64,000 nt of DNA from Verrucomicrobiota bacterium (GCA_047947115.1 CP170459.1:5824001-5888000), one strand, 5' to 3'; positions 42,434 to 52,276 are shown, numbered from the stretch's first letter. Notes: generated from the letters alone by a model not told the origin. A program made the numbers and translations.

Positions 42434-43279
42434 TTACTTGAATGCTTTCTTGAGAAATTTGAGTCCTTTCACGGCGATCTCATCGCGTGTGGGTTCCATG
42501 CGTCGCCAGATAGCGGCCGCCTTGGCGATGACTTTGACATCCGTGGTGAATGATTCAATCACCACATCTCCCGAGTAACGGATGGATTTCAAAGCCGCGA
42601 CGATGGGTTTCCAGTCGATATGATCGTTACCGGGAGTACCGCGATCACTTCCGCATGCATGGAAATGCCCCAAGTGTTTGCCGGCTTTTTTGATTGCCTT
42701 GGCTTGGTTCTTTTCCTCGATGTTCATATGGAATGTGTCGAGGTGCAGTTTGAGGGCCTTGCTGTCAACGTCCTTGATCATATTGAGCCCCTGGTCGCAG
42801 GTGTTGATGAAATCGGTTTCAAATCGGTTGAGCGGTTCCAGGCAAATCGTTCTACCACGGTCCTCGGCGTATTTGCTGAGTGCCTTCAGGTTTTTGACCA
42901 CCGCTTTCCACTGCTTGGCGTACTCCTTGGCGGGCACCGCGTCTGCACGGCCCACAGCCGAATAAACAGGACCAATCAACGAAGGACAATCCAGCACAAC
43001 CATCTGGTCGATCAAAGCCTTCATGTAGGCCATGCCGGTTTTTTGCTGCTCGGCAGTGCCGCGCAAATCCCGATCAGGCGACATGCAGGCGCAGACGGAA
43101 CCACAAACCAGCCCGTTGCGATCCAAGGCCGCTTTCACCTTTTCAGGATTGATGTGCGACGGATCCTCAACCGGAATCTCAATGGACTCGAAGCCCCATT
43201 TTTTAAACTTGGGCAACAAACCCGCACTTCTGGTTGTGAAGGGTGACGTAAACAGAAAGGTATTAATTCCAAATCTCAT
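42434..43279 (-). CDS. Sugar isomerase/epimerase (D-psicose/D-tagatose 3-epimerase-like)
   Basis: EPLNRFET, LDTFHMNIEE, RGTPG, ESF. Confidence 0.92.
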   Translation of the reverse strand: MRFGINTFLFTSPFTTRSAGLLPKFKKWGFESIEIPVEDPSHINPEKVKAALDRNGLVCGSVCACMSPDRDLRGTAEQQKTGMAYMKALIDQMVVLDCPSLIGPVYSAVGRADAVPAKEYAKQWKAVVKNLKALSKYAEDRGRTICLEPLNRFETDFINTCDQGLNMIKDVDSKALKLHLDTFHMNIEEKNQAKAIKKAGKHLGHFHACGSDRGTPGNDHIDWKPIVAALKSIRYSGDVVIESFTTDVKVIAKAAAIWRRMEPTRDEIAVKGLKFLKKAFK

Positions 43280-43322
43280 AGCTAGGGATATGTGTCCCAG
43301 CAGTATAGTTCGGAACCGACGA

Positions 43323-44372
43323 CTAACAAGCTTTTTGTCCGAGAGTTGTCAGGATGGTCTGGACCCGATGACGATAGGTATGGTGCTGAATCACGCGCTT
43401 GCGTCCGTTCAAAGCAATATCTTCCGCCCGGTAAGGATCGTACATCATGGATCGAAAAACCAGTGGTACTTCATCCCAATCGCGATAGACCACGACTTCT
43501 TCATAGGGATCAAACTGGAGTTCCAGATCAGGCACCCATTTCGTCAGGAGCAGGTTTTGACAGGCAGCCACTTCAAAGACCCGAAAATTGATGCCGTTCA
43601 GATTTTTAGGGCGTCTGGGCAGGTTCAATGTGATGGCAAATTCCTGATACAGGCGCGATAGGTCCGAATGATCCAGCTTTTGATTTGTCAGCCGATTCCA
43701 GAAACCGTGCGTCTGAGGTCCATACCATTCCACGGGCACACCCCGGAGTCGAAGCCTGTTCAGTATTTTCAAGCGTGTCTCGGTCAAGGAACCTGCAAAA
43801 ACGATCTTGTTCTTCCTGGCTTTCACCCCACCGGGTTGAAACCGCTTCTCATTCACCGCCAAGGGAAGATATTTCAGCCCCTTCTTTTCGCCTTCACGAA
43901 CTTTCTTCAGTGATTCTTGCATGGAGGAATCAGAATAAAAAACATGATCGAAACATTGTATCCCCTTCCAGGAAGTTCGCCGGCAATCACTGAACCACGC
44001 TGCCAGGGTGGCGCTGCGTTTCAGATCGCGTTGGATGGCTTTGAAAAATGCGGGCTCCATACCGAATGGGTCCAGAAAGAGGATTAACTGAGGATTCGCC
44101 TGTGTCACTTGATCTCGAATGCGTTGAATGACCGGTTCATCCACGTCGAAATTCATAAAGCCTTTGCGAAATTCAAACCAACGTTCCTCCAGGCGCTTTG
44201 GCACCAGCGGAAGCACCGAAGCCGTCGCCCCCACATGGACGAAGGCTTCTTTCAAATCTTCCGCCCAATAGTGCATACGCGTGTCGCCCACAATCAGCAC
44301 TTTGTGCTTGTAGGACAACACCGGTTTCTCGCCTGCAGGCTGCGACGACTGTTCCTGGATCATTTCATCCAT
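43323..44372 (-). CDS. CgeB-like glycosyltransferase
   Basis: YLPLA, FAGS, NFRVFEVAAC, HTYRHR. Confidence 0.8.
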   Translation of the reverse strand: MDEMIQEQSSQPAGEKPVLSYKHKVLIVGDTRMHYWAEDLKEAFVHVGATASVLPLVPKRLEERWFEFRKGFMNFDVDEPVIQRIRDQVTQANPQLILFLDPFGMEPAFFKAIQRDLKRSATLAAWFSDCRRTSWKGIQCFDHVFYSDSSMQESLKKVREGEKKGLKYLPLAVNEKRFQPGGVKARKNKIVFAGSLTETRLKILNRLRLRGVPVEWYGPQTHGFWNRLTNQKLDHSDLSRLYQEFAITLNLPRRPKNLNGINFRVFEVAACQNLLLTKWVPDLELQFDPYEEVVVYRDWDEVPLVFRSMMYDPYRAEDIALNGRKRVIQHHTYRHRVQTILTTLGQKAC

Positions 44373-44419
44373 AAAAATCGCTGGACAGAATGAGGAGAAT
44401 GGAATCGGTTTGCAATCGT

Positions 44420-45391
44420 TTAAGCTCTGGGATGTGATTCATCATAAACCCGCTTGAGTCGATCGGTCGAAAGGTGTGTGTAAATCTGGGTGGTCACCAG
44501 GTGCGCGTGCCCTAGCAGTTCCTGCACGCTCCGCAAGTCGGCTCCCGCATTCAACAGGTGGGTGGCAAAACTGTGCCGCAATTTGTGCGGCGTCAGGTTT
44601 GGATCCAGTTCCGCCATGATGAGGTAGGTTTTCAGCCGTGTCTGGATCAGCCTAGGATAGAGGCCCAGTTTGTCGTCAACATTGGCATAGAAAACAGGTT
44701 GATCAGGGAACTTGGGATGGTTGATGGCATCCCAATAGACACTGATGGATTCCAACGCGGGAAGACCGATGGGTGTCAAACGTTCCTTCTTACCCTTGCC
44801 TTCCACTCGCACGACCTGATCATCAAAAAACACATCCCCAACAGTCAAACCACACAGTTCACCGATACGCAGGCCGCAGGAGTAAAGGGTTTCAAGCACG
44901 GCAGTGTCCCGAAGATATGCCTTCGGGGAGGGTGGACGCTTGCTTTTCTTCTTTTTGATTTCCCATGCCCGGGCTGGAGCCTGTAATAGTGCGCTGATCT
45001 GGTTCGGCGTCAGGAACTGCGGTAGATGGCGCTCTTTTTTGGGCAAAGTAATGTTTCGAATGGGCATTTTCTCGACCTGCCCTTTTCGGATCAGAAACTT
45101 GTAAAACGTCCGAAGAGCACTGAATCGAACCTGTGTTGAAGAGCGACTGTAGTTTTCACGCCCCAGGAACCTCAGATAGCCCCGAAACAGATCCCGGTCT
45201 AGGGATTTCCAGTCAGCAGTCTTTTGATACGTCTGCTGATGCCAGGCGACAAATTCATTGAGCGCCTGGGAATAGTTGCGGCTCGTGTGCTCAGAGGCGG
45301 ATCTCACGTGAACAAGATCCTCCAAAAAGGCGTCAATCCAGGGATCCGCTGCAGCATTGTCTGAATCTGCGGCGTCCATCGGTTCAGACAT
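44420..45391 (-). CDS. xerC: Tyrosine recombinase XerC-like
   Basis: GLRIGE, GKGKKER, HKLRHSFATHLL, LLGH, TQIYTH; adjacent to a topoisomerase gene. Confidence 0.85.
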   Translation of the reverse strand: MSEPMDAADSDNAAADPWIDAFLEDLVHVRSASEHTSRNYSQALNEFVAWHQQTYQKTADWKSLDRDLFRGYLRFLGRENYSRSSTQVRFSALRTFYKFLIRKGQVEKMPIRNITLPKKERHLPQFLTPNQISALLQAPARAWEIKKKKSKRPPSPKAYLRDTAVLETLYSCGLRIGELCGLTVGDVFFDDQVVRVEGKGKKERLTPIGLPALESISVYWDAINHPKFPDQPVFYANVDDKLGLYPRLIQTRLKTYLIMAELDPNLTPHKLRHSFATHLLNAGADLRSVQELLGHAHLVTTQIYTHLSTDRLKRVYDESHPRA

Positions 45392-48231
45392 CAGTTGTCT
45401 GCGGCCGAACTTCCTCCGGTCGTTTGTTCACGTGGAGCGAATTCGAATCCCACCTTGCCATTTTCCTCCAAGACCAGAGCGGCTTCAAACGGGAAGCCTC
45501 GCTTGGAGATGAATCCCTTCAGGAAATCCGTTCTGCCGTTGCTGAGCAGCTTCTTGATCTGTTCCTCTTCAACGGGCTGCTGAAGCACTATTTTACCAGA
45601 TTTGAATTTGCACGGTTTGGTGTCCTTCTGCGAATGCTCGCACAGGTAATCAGATTCACTGGCAAATACACGCCCCTTGCAACGCGGGCATTCGCCCAGC
45701 GATTGCTGCCCATCGAAGCTGATTTTCTCAGCGGGCTTGTCGTCAGCTTTCTTTGCAGCCGTCTTTTTCTTGGACTGACGGGGTTCGAATTCGAAAGATA
45801 CCTTGCCCTCCTTGATGACAAGAAAGGCATTGAAGGCCCGCCCGGTCCGGTTGGACACGAATTTGTTGATGAGGTCAGACTTTCCGTCCGTCAGGAGCTT
45901 CTTGACCTGGGCCGGTTCAATTTCGCGCTGAAGAATGATCTTGCCAGTTTTGAAGTCACAGGACTTTTCCGGTCCCTTGGATTTTTCGCAGACATAATGC
46001 ATGCCGTGTTCGTAAACATTGCTTTTGCATTTGGGACAGGCTCCCATGGACTGCTTGCCGGAAAAATCTACAGCCTCCTCCTCGCCATTGTCTTTGTCTT
46101 TGCCGTTGTCACCAAAGTCAAATTCGAGCTTCTTCTCGTCGTTCAACTTGATGATGGCAGCAAAGGGCCAGCCTTGTTTGCTGCGGAATCCCTGCAAGGG
46201 TCCCACGCTGCCCTGGCTGAGGATGGCCTCCATTTCCTCGTATTCGAACTGACGTCCCGACAGAATTTTCCAGACCGAAAAATCGCAGGCGCTGCATTGG
46301 AACGTCTTGTAGGTTTCCTTCACCTGACCACCACACTTAGGACAGGGTGTCTTGAGCACTCCAAAATCCCCGGGCACCGTATCACTGTCAAAAGACTTGG
46401 CTTGCTCGACCATCTTACGGGTCATTTCCTGGATCTCGGCCATGAAGGTCGCCCGGTCCAGCTGACCTTGCTCCATCAGCTTGAGCTTATGCTCCCAATC
46501 GCCGGTCAACTCAGGCGAACACAATTCAGGAATCTGCAACCCGCGCAACAGCGTAATCAAGCTGAACGCCTTGGCGGTGGGCTGGAGTTCGCGCTGGTTG
46601 CGGATGACGTACTTTTCCCGAATCAAGTTCTCGATAATCGAAGCACGGGTCGCAGGTGTCCCCAGGCCCTTGGCACTCATCGCAGCCCGAAGTTCCTCGT
46701 CATCGACCATTTTCCCTGCACCTTCCATGGCGGAAAGAAGAGTGGCTTCCGAATAGCGGGGAGGCGGCTTCGTCTGGTTCTCGCGAACCTCGATCTCCTG
46801 CGTTCCAACGGTTTCCCCATCATCAACGGGCGTCAGGTGGTCGGCTTCTCCTGCCGGGAGAGCCTTGCCATAAACCTCCAACCAACCCGGTTTCACCAGC
46901 ACCTTGCCTTCTGTCTTGAAGGATTCTTCCTCGACGAGGGTGATGCGGGTGGTGATGAGATATTCCGCCGCCGGATAGAAGACCGCAAGAAAACGCCGTA
47001 CCACCATGTCATAAATCTTTTGCTCATCATCGTTCAATTTCTTTTTGGGACCGAGCGATGTCGGGATGATGGCAAAGTGATCGGAAATCTTGGCGTTATT
47101 GAAAATGCGTTTGTTGGGCTGCACCCAGTTGTTGGACTCGATTTTGGATGCGGAACTTTCAAAAACCGAGCCTCGGAAGGCTTTCAGGGTCTCCTTTACG
47201 GTTCCAAGATAATCCTCGGGCAGTGCTCTGGAATCCGTCCTGGGATAAGTCAACATCTTGTGCCGCTCATATAGTGCCTGGGCCAGCTGAAGTGTCCGGC
47301 CTGCAGGCAAACCGAAGCGTGAATTGGCCTCCCGCTGCAAACTCGTCAAATCATAGAGCAACGGAGACATCTGCCGACTTGGCTTGCTCTCCTCCGTGAC
47401 CGTTCCGGGTTTGTTCAGGCATTTTTGAAAGAGAGCATCTGCCTGTTCCTTGGTCCAGATACGCTCGGGACGTGCATCAGGATCTTCGTCTTTGTTCTTT
47501 TTCTTGAACTCAGGATCAAACCACCGGCCTTCGTAAGTGCCCGCCTTGGCCAGAAATGTTGCGTGCAGTTCCCAGTAGTCTCGTGAAACAAATTTTTTAA
47601 TTTTCTGCTCACGATCCACCAGGATTGTCAGCGTCGGAGTCTGAACGCGACCAACGGTGGTCAGGTAAAACCCCCCGGACTTCGAGTTGAAAGCCGTCAT
47701 GGCCCGTGTGCCATTGATGCCGACCAACCAATCGGATTCCGATCGGCAGACCGCGGCATTGGCCAGGGGTTGCATGTCCTCATCCGAACGCAGCCGGTTG
47801 AATCCATCCCGGATGGCCTGAGGGGTCATGGACTGCAGCCACAGGCGGTTGATGGGTTTGCTTGTCTTGGAATCGTCCACAATGTGACGAAAAATCAACT
47901 CCCCTTCACGCCCGGCATCACAGCCATTGATCAAGGTGTCGACATCCTTGCGCTTAATCAATCGTCGAAGCAGTTTGAGCTTGGACTCGGATTTGCTGAT
48001 TGGTTTGAGGGCGAAATGGTCGGGAATGACCGGCAGGTGCGCAAAGGTCCACTTGCCGCGCTTAACCTCGGCTTCAGGCGGAACAGTCAACTCCAGTAAA
48101 TGCCCCACCGCCGAGGCAATGACGTAGTCATCACTTTCGAAGTAATCGTCCTTCTTGCTGAATCCGCCCAGAGCACGGCTAATGTCCAGAGCGACGGAAG
48201 GCTTTTCTGCGATGATCAATGATTTACCCAT
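45391..48231 (-). CDS. topB: DNA topoisomerase III with C-terminal Zn-ribbon repeats (start trimmed to MGKSLII)
   Basis: IAEKPSVA, DAGREGE, GRVQTPTL, TYPRTDS, GLGTPATR; repeated CPxC domains. Confidence 0.92.
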   Translation of the reverse strand: MGKSLIIAEKPSVALDISRALGGFSKKDDYFESDDYVIASAVGHLLELTVPPEAEVKRGKWTFAHLPVIPDHFALKPISKSESKLKLLRRLIKRKDVDTLINGCDAGREGELIFRHIVDDSKTSKPINRLWLQSMTPQAIRDGFNRLRSDEDMQPLANAAVCRSESDWLVGINGTRAMTAFNSKSGGFYLTTVGRVQTPTLTILVDREQKIKKFVSRDYWELHATFLAKAGTYEGRWFDPEFKKKNKDEDPDARPERIWTKEQADALFQKCLNKPGTVTEESKPSRQMSPLLYDLTSLQREANSRFGLPAGRTLQLAQALYERHKMLTYPRTDSRALPEDYLGTVKETLKAFRGSVFESSASKIESNNWVQPNKRIFNNAKISDHFAIIPTSLGPKKKLNDDEQKIYDMVVRRFLAVFYPAAEYLITTRITLVEEESFKTEGKVLVKPGWLEVYGKALPAGEADHLTPVDDGETVGTQEIEVRENQTKPPPRYSEATLLSAMEGAGKMVDDEELRAAMSAKGLGTPATRASIIENLIREKYVIRNQRELQPTAKAFSLITLLRGLQIPELCSPELTGDWEHKLKLMEQGQLDRATFMAEIQEMTRKMVEQAKSFDSDTVPGDFGVLKTPCPKCGGQVKETYKTFQCSACDFSVWKILSGRQFEYEEMEAILSQGSVGPLQGFRSKQGWPFAAIIKLNDEKKLEFDFGDNGKDKDNGEEEAVDFSGKQSMGACPKCKSNVYEHGMHYVCEKSKGPEKSCDFKTGKIILQREIEPAQVKKLLTDGKSDLINKFVSNRTGRAFNAFLVIKEGKVSFEFEPRQSKKKTAAKKADDKPAEKISFDGQQSLGECPRCKGRVFASESDYLCEHSQKDTKPCKFKSGKIVLQQPVEEEQIKKLLSNGRTDFLKGFISKRGFPFEAALVLEENGKVGFEFAPREQTTGGSSAADN

Positions 48232-48453
48232 GATATATGGTGGCAACCGTTATCAACCGATACGCGCCAGGTGCAAGTGTTTTTTATGCGGAAGCCCATT
48301 TTTATTTTTCCAGAAGCAGGTCAATTTGCCCTCAGGCCTGGATGAAACCCCGTTTGAGGGATGTTTGCTTTATTTTTGACAATACGCTTGATTCGAAGTG
48401 CTGGAACATGATGTTTTGGGTTTCGATTGTTGCACCGTTCATTCGAACACCCT

Positions 48454-48522
48454 ATGACTACGATTTTATTTAAAATACTGATTGCCATTAGTTTTGGCCT
48501 CATGATGATGGCATTGTTGTAA
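48454..48522 (+). CDS. 22-aa hydrophobic micro-protein absent from the ORF track
   Basis: MTTILFKILIAISFGLMMMALL*; TAATG overlap with the next start. Confidence 0.55.
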   Translation: MTTILFKILIAISFGLMMMALL

Positions 48523-48935
48523 TGTTTCCGTTCCGAGCATTGAGTTTTCGATCCGGTTGGTTCGATTCCTTCTGGCTTCTGTCGCTGGCATGCTATGCCA
48601 TCCATAGGATTTGGCAATGGGCATCACCAGCGCCCGGTTGGATGTCCAGCTATTGGAACGACATCTGGATGCTGCCCTGTGCCGTCCCACTGGTGATTCG
48701 TATCTATGAAACACTCAACCTGAGAGAACCCAACATGCATCCGAGCCTTTCAGAGATTGTCTGGCATGGTTTGCTCTGGAGCTTCATGGCGGAGGGACTG
48801 GCCCCGGTTTGGTTCCCATCTTCAACGGCCGATCCGCTCGATTTGGCTGCTTACGCATTGGGAGGCTTTATGCTGTGGCTACGCTGGCACTTATTCCCAC
48901 GAATCAACCATGACGTCACACTCGGGCTTCGATAA
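48522..48935 (+). CDS. Hypothetical multi-TM membrane protein (VanZ-like flavour)
   Basis: About four hydrophobic segments; NDxxxxP, ExxxP and DPxD motifs. Confidence 0.75.
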   Translation: MFPFRALSFRSGWFDSFWLLSLACYAIHRIWQWASPAPGWMSSYWNDIWMLPCAVPLVIRIYETLNLREPNMHPSLSEIVWHGLLWSFMAEGLAPVWFPSSTADPLDLAAYALGGFMLWLRWHLFPRINHDVTLGLR

Positions 48936-49680
48936 ACTGGCTCCCTTCTACCGCCTCATGGAGAAGCTGGTAGCGGGCAAGATCCTTCAAGAGGCTCGCA
49001 CCGCTCATACGGACAAGCTCCAACAGCCAAGCAACGTACTGATGCTGGGAGAAGGCCCGGGGCGATTGCTGGCACACCTGCTCGACAGGCTCCCATCAGC
49101 CCATTTTCTGGTAATGGATCAAAGTCAAGGCATGCTCAACCAAGCATTAAAGTGCCTGCAAAGAACCCATTCAGACTGTTCAAGGATAACCTGGCTCAAC
49201 CGGAATATCCTGACGCAGGACATCCCCGATGGCCCTTACGACCTGATCACAACCCCCTTTTTCCTGGATTGTTTTACCCAGGATCAGCTTGACCTGATAA
49301 TCCCATCCATCGCCTCACGCAGCGCCCAGCAATGCCATTGGCTGCTGATCGATTTTCAAATTCCTGCGACAGGCAAGTTCCGCTCTACGAGAGCCAGATG
49401 CGTTCATCGGCTCATGTACACGTTTTTCCGGATCATCACGGGAATCGATGCTGATCATGTGGTGGAGCCTGATTCCCTGATGGAGGCAGCGGGTTTCAGA
49501 CGGTTGAGTCGATTGGAATTCAACGCTGGATTGATTCGATCGGACCTTTGGAGACGAGTGGGAAAAATCAGTGGCAATGGGGGCAGGCCCCATTCAATCC
49601 GGAGAAATGAGGACTCAAGTAAGGAATACCCAGATTCAACCCGCGCAGGATTAGCAAAACCCCCATCACCCCCCACATGA
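48910..49680 (+). CDS. Class I SAM-dependent methyltransferase (start trimmed to MTSHSG)
   Basis: FDKLAPFY, LGEGPG motif I, DQSQGML, YDLITTPFFLDCF. Confidence 0.88.
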   Translation: MTSHSGFDKLAPFYRLMEKLVAGKILQEARTAHTDKLQQPSNVLMLGEGPGRLLAHLLDRLPSAHFLVMDQSQGMLNQALKCLQRTHSDCSRITWLNRNILTQDIPDGPYDLITTPFFLDCFTQDQLDLIIPSIASRSAQQCHWLLIDFQIPATGKFRSTRARCVHRLMYTFFRIITGIDADHVVEPDSLMEAAGFRRLSRLEFNAGLIRSDLWRRVGKISGNGGRPHSIRRNEDSSKEYPDSTRAGLAKPPSPPT

Positions 49681-50263
49681 AGGGGATCATTTTTTGCAGC
49701 TTCAGCCGAAAAGATGGAGACACTTTGTTGCCGGAAAAATGGAGAGCCAGCATCAAGGGAAACGTTCCCAGTCCAAAAGCAGCCATAAAAACCATGGCGG
49801 CCAGTGGGTGCCCGTAAGACGCCGCAGAGGCCCCGGCAACATACACCAGACCGCAAGGCAGCAAACCATTGATCATCCCCAAACCGAAAGTGGATCTTAA
49901 TCCGGTCGATTGCATGCGAGCTGAAAAATGGCGTTTGATCCACATCACCCATCGGGCAATCAGAGGATTGCCCATCCATTTGGATCCGAAAAACACGCCC
50001 GCCAACACGACAAGACCGGCAATCACTGAAAGTGTTTGCTGCCAACCTACCATGGAAAAAGCACTGCCTATGACGGCAAATCCCGCTCCAACCAGCAGGT
50101 AGGAAGCCAAACGCCCCCCCTGATAAACCAAAGCTCCCAGCCAAGCACTTCCCCGCCCCGCCCGGGCGCAGGCAAGTGAAATAATAAGGGGACCGCACAT
50201 GCCGGCACAATGCGCCCCTCCGACGAATCCCATCATCAAACCCGGTATGATCAGTTCCAGCAT
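49568..50263 (-). CDS. TauE/SafE-like (DsbD_2) membrane protein of cbb3 oxidase maturation clusters
   Basis: HCAGMCGP, GLLPCGLVY, FGLGT, C-terminal CPHCH. Confidence 0.9.
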   Translation of the reverse strand: MLELIIPGLMMGFVGGAHCAGMCGPLIISLACARAGRGSAWLGALVYQGGRLASYLLVGAGFAVIGSAFSMVGWQQTLSVIAGLVVLAGVFFGSKWMGNPLIARWVMWIKRHFSARMQSTGLRSTFGLGMINGLLPCGLVYVAGASAASYGHPLAAMVFMAAFGLGTFPLMLALHFSGNKVSPSFRLKLQKMIPFMWGVMGVLLILRGLNLGIPYLSPHFSGLNGACPHCH

Positions 50264-50280
50264 CGTTCGTTTGAAAAGTG

Positions 50281-50739
50281 CTAGATGGCTTCAACCACCA
50301 ATGAATCTTCGAAAAAGTATTCCTGTCCTCCAGCCTGCCAGTTTACTTTGATCCGCCACAAGCCGGGAGCCAGTTCCATTTCAAGCCGGTATGGATCCTG
50401 GGAGGTTTTGGCGTTCATCTCCAGTTTTTGATCCAATGTCGCATTCGACGGCCGATAGATCCACAAAGCCCCTGAGAAATCACCGCTTGCGGTATGGGCG
50501 TTGGGCAGACGTATCTCCAGATGTTGAAGCGCGTAGTCCACTCCGATCTCACTCTTGTAGGGTTCCGTGCGTTTGATGCGTTCAATCTGGTCCTGGAACT
50601 TTACTTCCGCTGCGTAGTAGTCCGAACGCACCAACTCTACGTTGTGTTTCAATGAATAGATCACCAACACAACAACGCCACATAGAACGATGCTGAAATA
50701 AGCGATGATGGCCGCTGGCCAAGGGTGAATTTTTGCCAT
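50281..50739 (-). CDS. FixH/CcoH family protein (start trimmed to MAKIHPW)
   Basis: N-terminal TM, LVRSDYY, YRPSNATLD, GLWRIKVNW. Confidence 0.85.
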   Translation of the reverse strand: MAKIHPWPAAIIAYFSIVLCGVVVLVIYSLKHNVELVRSDYYAAEVKFQDQIERIKRTEPYKSEIGVDYALQHLEIRLPNAHTASGDFSGALWIYRPSNATLDQKLEMNAKTSQDPYRLEMELAPGLWRIKVNWQAGGQEYFFEDSLVVEAI

Positions 50740-50797
50740 GCTGAATGATTTGATAGGATGATTGTCGTTAATAGTTAGCTTGTTGTGACACGGCGGA

Positions 50798-52276
50798 TCA
50801 AGGAACTTTCCCCTGAGGACCAACAAATACAGTCCGGACCCTCTCAAGCTCTTCTTCACCGCTGAAAACTCCGACCTCAATGCGCGTCTTTTTCCCATCC
50901 ATGAGATCCGGTCCCAACTCAACCAACACGGACGATTCGGCAAGGGATCCTGCTTTGACGATGATATCGCCCCCCATCACCCGAATACTCCCGCCTTCCA
51001 TTCCCATCAAACGCAAGTCCACCGGAATATCGTGAGAGGTCTTGTTGGTAAGTTTCAACAAGTAAAGATTCGTCACCCGTCCATCAGGAGTGGTCTGAAA
51101 CAACGTGCCGGGAGCCCTCAACAAACTGGTCTCCACATCCGATCGGGTCAGCAACAAAGTAAAAAACGCCGTCACCAGAGCCGTCAATACCACAGAATAT
51201 CCAATAATACGCGGCGTCACCTTGAGTGGCAGACCTTTCTCAATACCATTCAATGAAGCGTAGCGCACCAATCCCAGGGGATGCTTTAACTTGCTCATCA
51301 CACCATTGCACGCGTCAATACATGCCGCACAATTCACGCACTCCATTTGGGTTCCATTGCGAATATCAATCCCGGTCGGACACACCGCCACACACTGATT
51401 GCAGTCAACACAGTCCCCCACACCCTTCTCCTGACGTTCGGATTCGCTTTGATTGCGATTCAGACGTTGACGACTTTCACCTCGTTTATGATCGTAGGCC
51501 ACCACAATGGTGTTTTCATCCAGCAAAGTGGATTGAAACCTGCCATAAGGACAGATGAACGTGCAAGCCTGCTCCCTGAACCTGGCAAAGATGGCGAAAA
51601 ATATCAGCGTAAAAATCACCATCGCCGCCAAACCCTGGGTGTGGTTCAACGGATTGTCAGTGATGATGGCATACAGATTCTCGATTCCGATCACATACGC
51701 GAGCAAGGTGTTGCCAATCACAAACGACAGACCGAAGAAAACCGAGTATTTGGCCACACGCTTGGCTATTTTTCCCCCCGTCCATGGTGCTTTGCTCAGC
51801 TTTTTCTGTTCCAGAGAATCGCCATCAATCCAATACTCAATTTTTCGAAACACCATTTCCATCAACAAGGTCTGGGGACAAGCCCATCCACACCACACAC
51901 GACCGAACACCGCAGTAAACACCACAATGCTGATGATCCATATCAGCATACCCAAAGCGAAAAGGAATGTGTCCTGCGGCCAGAATATCTGCCCAAATAT
52001 GGAGAATTTACGTTCTACAATGTTGAACAACAGGAGAGGATTTCCATTGATCCGTATGAATGGACCGGTAAAGAGAATGACCAGCAATAGATAACTGAAC
52101 CATGTGCGGAAATTATAAATCCGACCTTTTGGTTTCTTGGGATACAACCACATCCGATGACCTTGCTGGTCGGCCGTCGCCAGATGATCACGGAAATCTT
52201 TCCAATCAATGTCCTGATTTGCAGATTCACCCTTTTGCCTGGGTTCAGGATCGTCAGTCGTGAGGCTATCTTTCAT
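50798..52276 (-). CDS. ccoG: Cytochrome c oxidase accessory protein CcoG/FixG
   Basis: GRVWCGWACPQT, CPYGRFQ, CVDCNQCVAVCPTGIDIR, CVNCAACIDAC. Confidence 0.95.
   Translation of the reverse strand: MKDSLTTDDPEPRQKGESANQDIDWKDFRDHLATADQQGHRMWLYPKKPKGRIYNFRTWFSYLLLVILFTGPFIRINGNPLLLFNIVERKFSIFGQIFWPQDTFLFALGMLIWIISIVVFTAVFGRVWCGWACPQTLLMEMVFRKIEYWIDGDSLEQKKLSKAPWTGGKIAKRVAKYSVFFGLSFVIGNTLLAYVIGIENLYAIITDNPLNHTQGLAAMVIFTLIFFAIFARFREQACTFICPYGRFQSTLLDENTIVVAYDHKRGESRQRLNRNQSESERQEKGVGDCVDCNQCVAVCPTGIDIRNGTQMECVNCAACIDACNGVMSKLKHPLGLVRYASLNGIEKGLPLKVTPRIIGYSVVLTALVTAFFTLLLTRSDVETSLLRAPGTLFQTTPDGRVTNLYLLKLTNKTSHDIPVDLRLMGMEGGSIRVMGGDIIVKAGSLAESSVLVELGPDLMDGKKTRIEVGVFSGEEELERVRTVFVGPQGKVP

Noticed and set aside
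44420..45391. Tyrosine recombinase as prophage or integron integrase
   Set aside because: XerC/D-like motifs, housekeeping context, no obvious IntI-specific insertion and no phage genes nearby.
45424..47274. 616-aa ORF antisense to topB
   Set aside because: In-register shadow of a conserved gene; no recognisable motifs; expected from codon bias.
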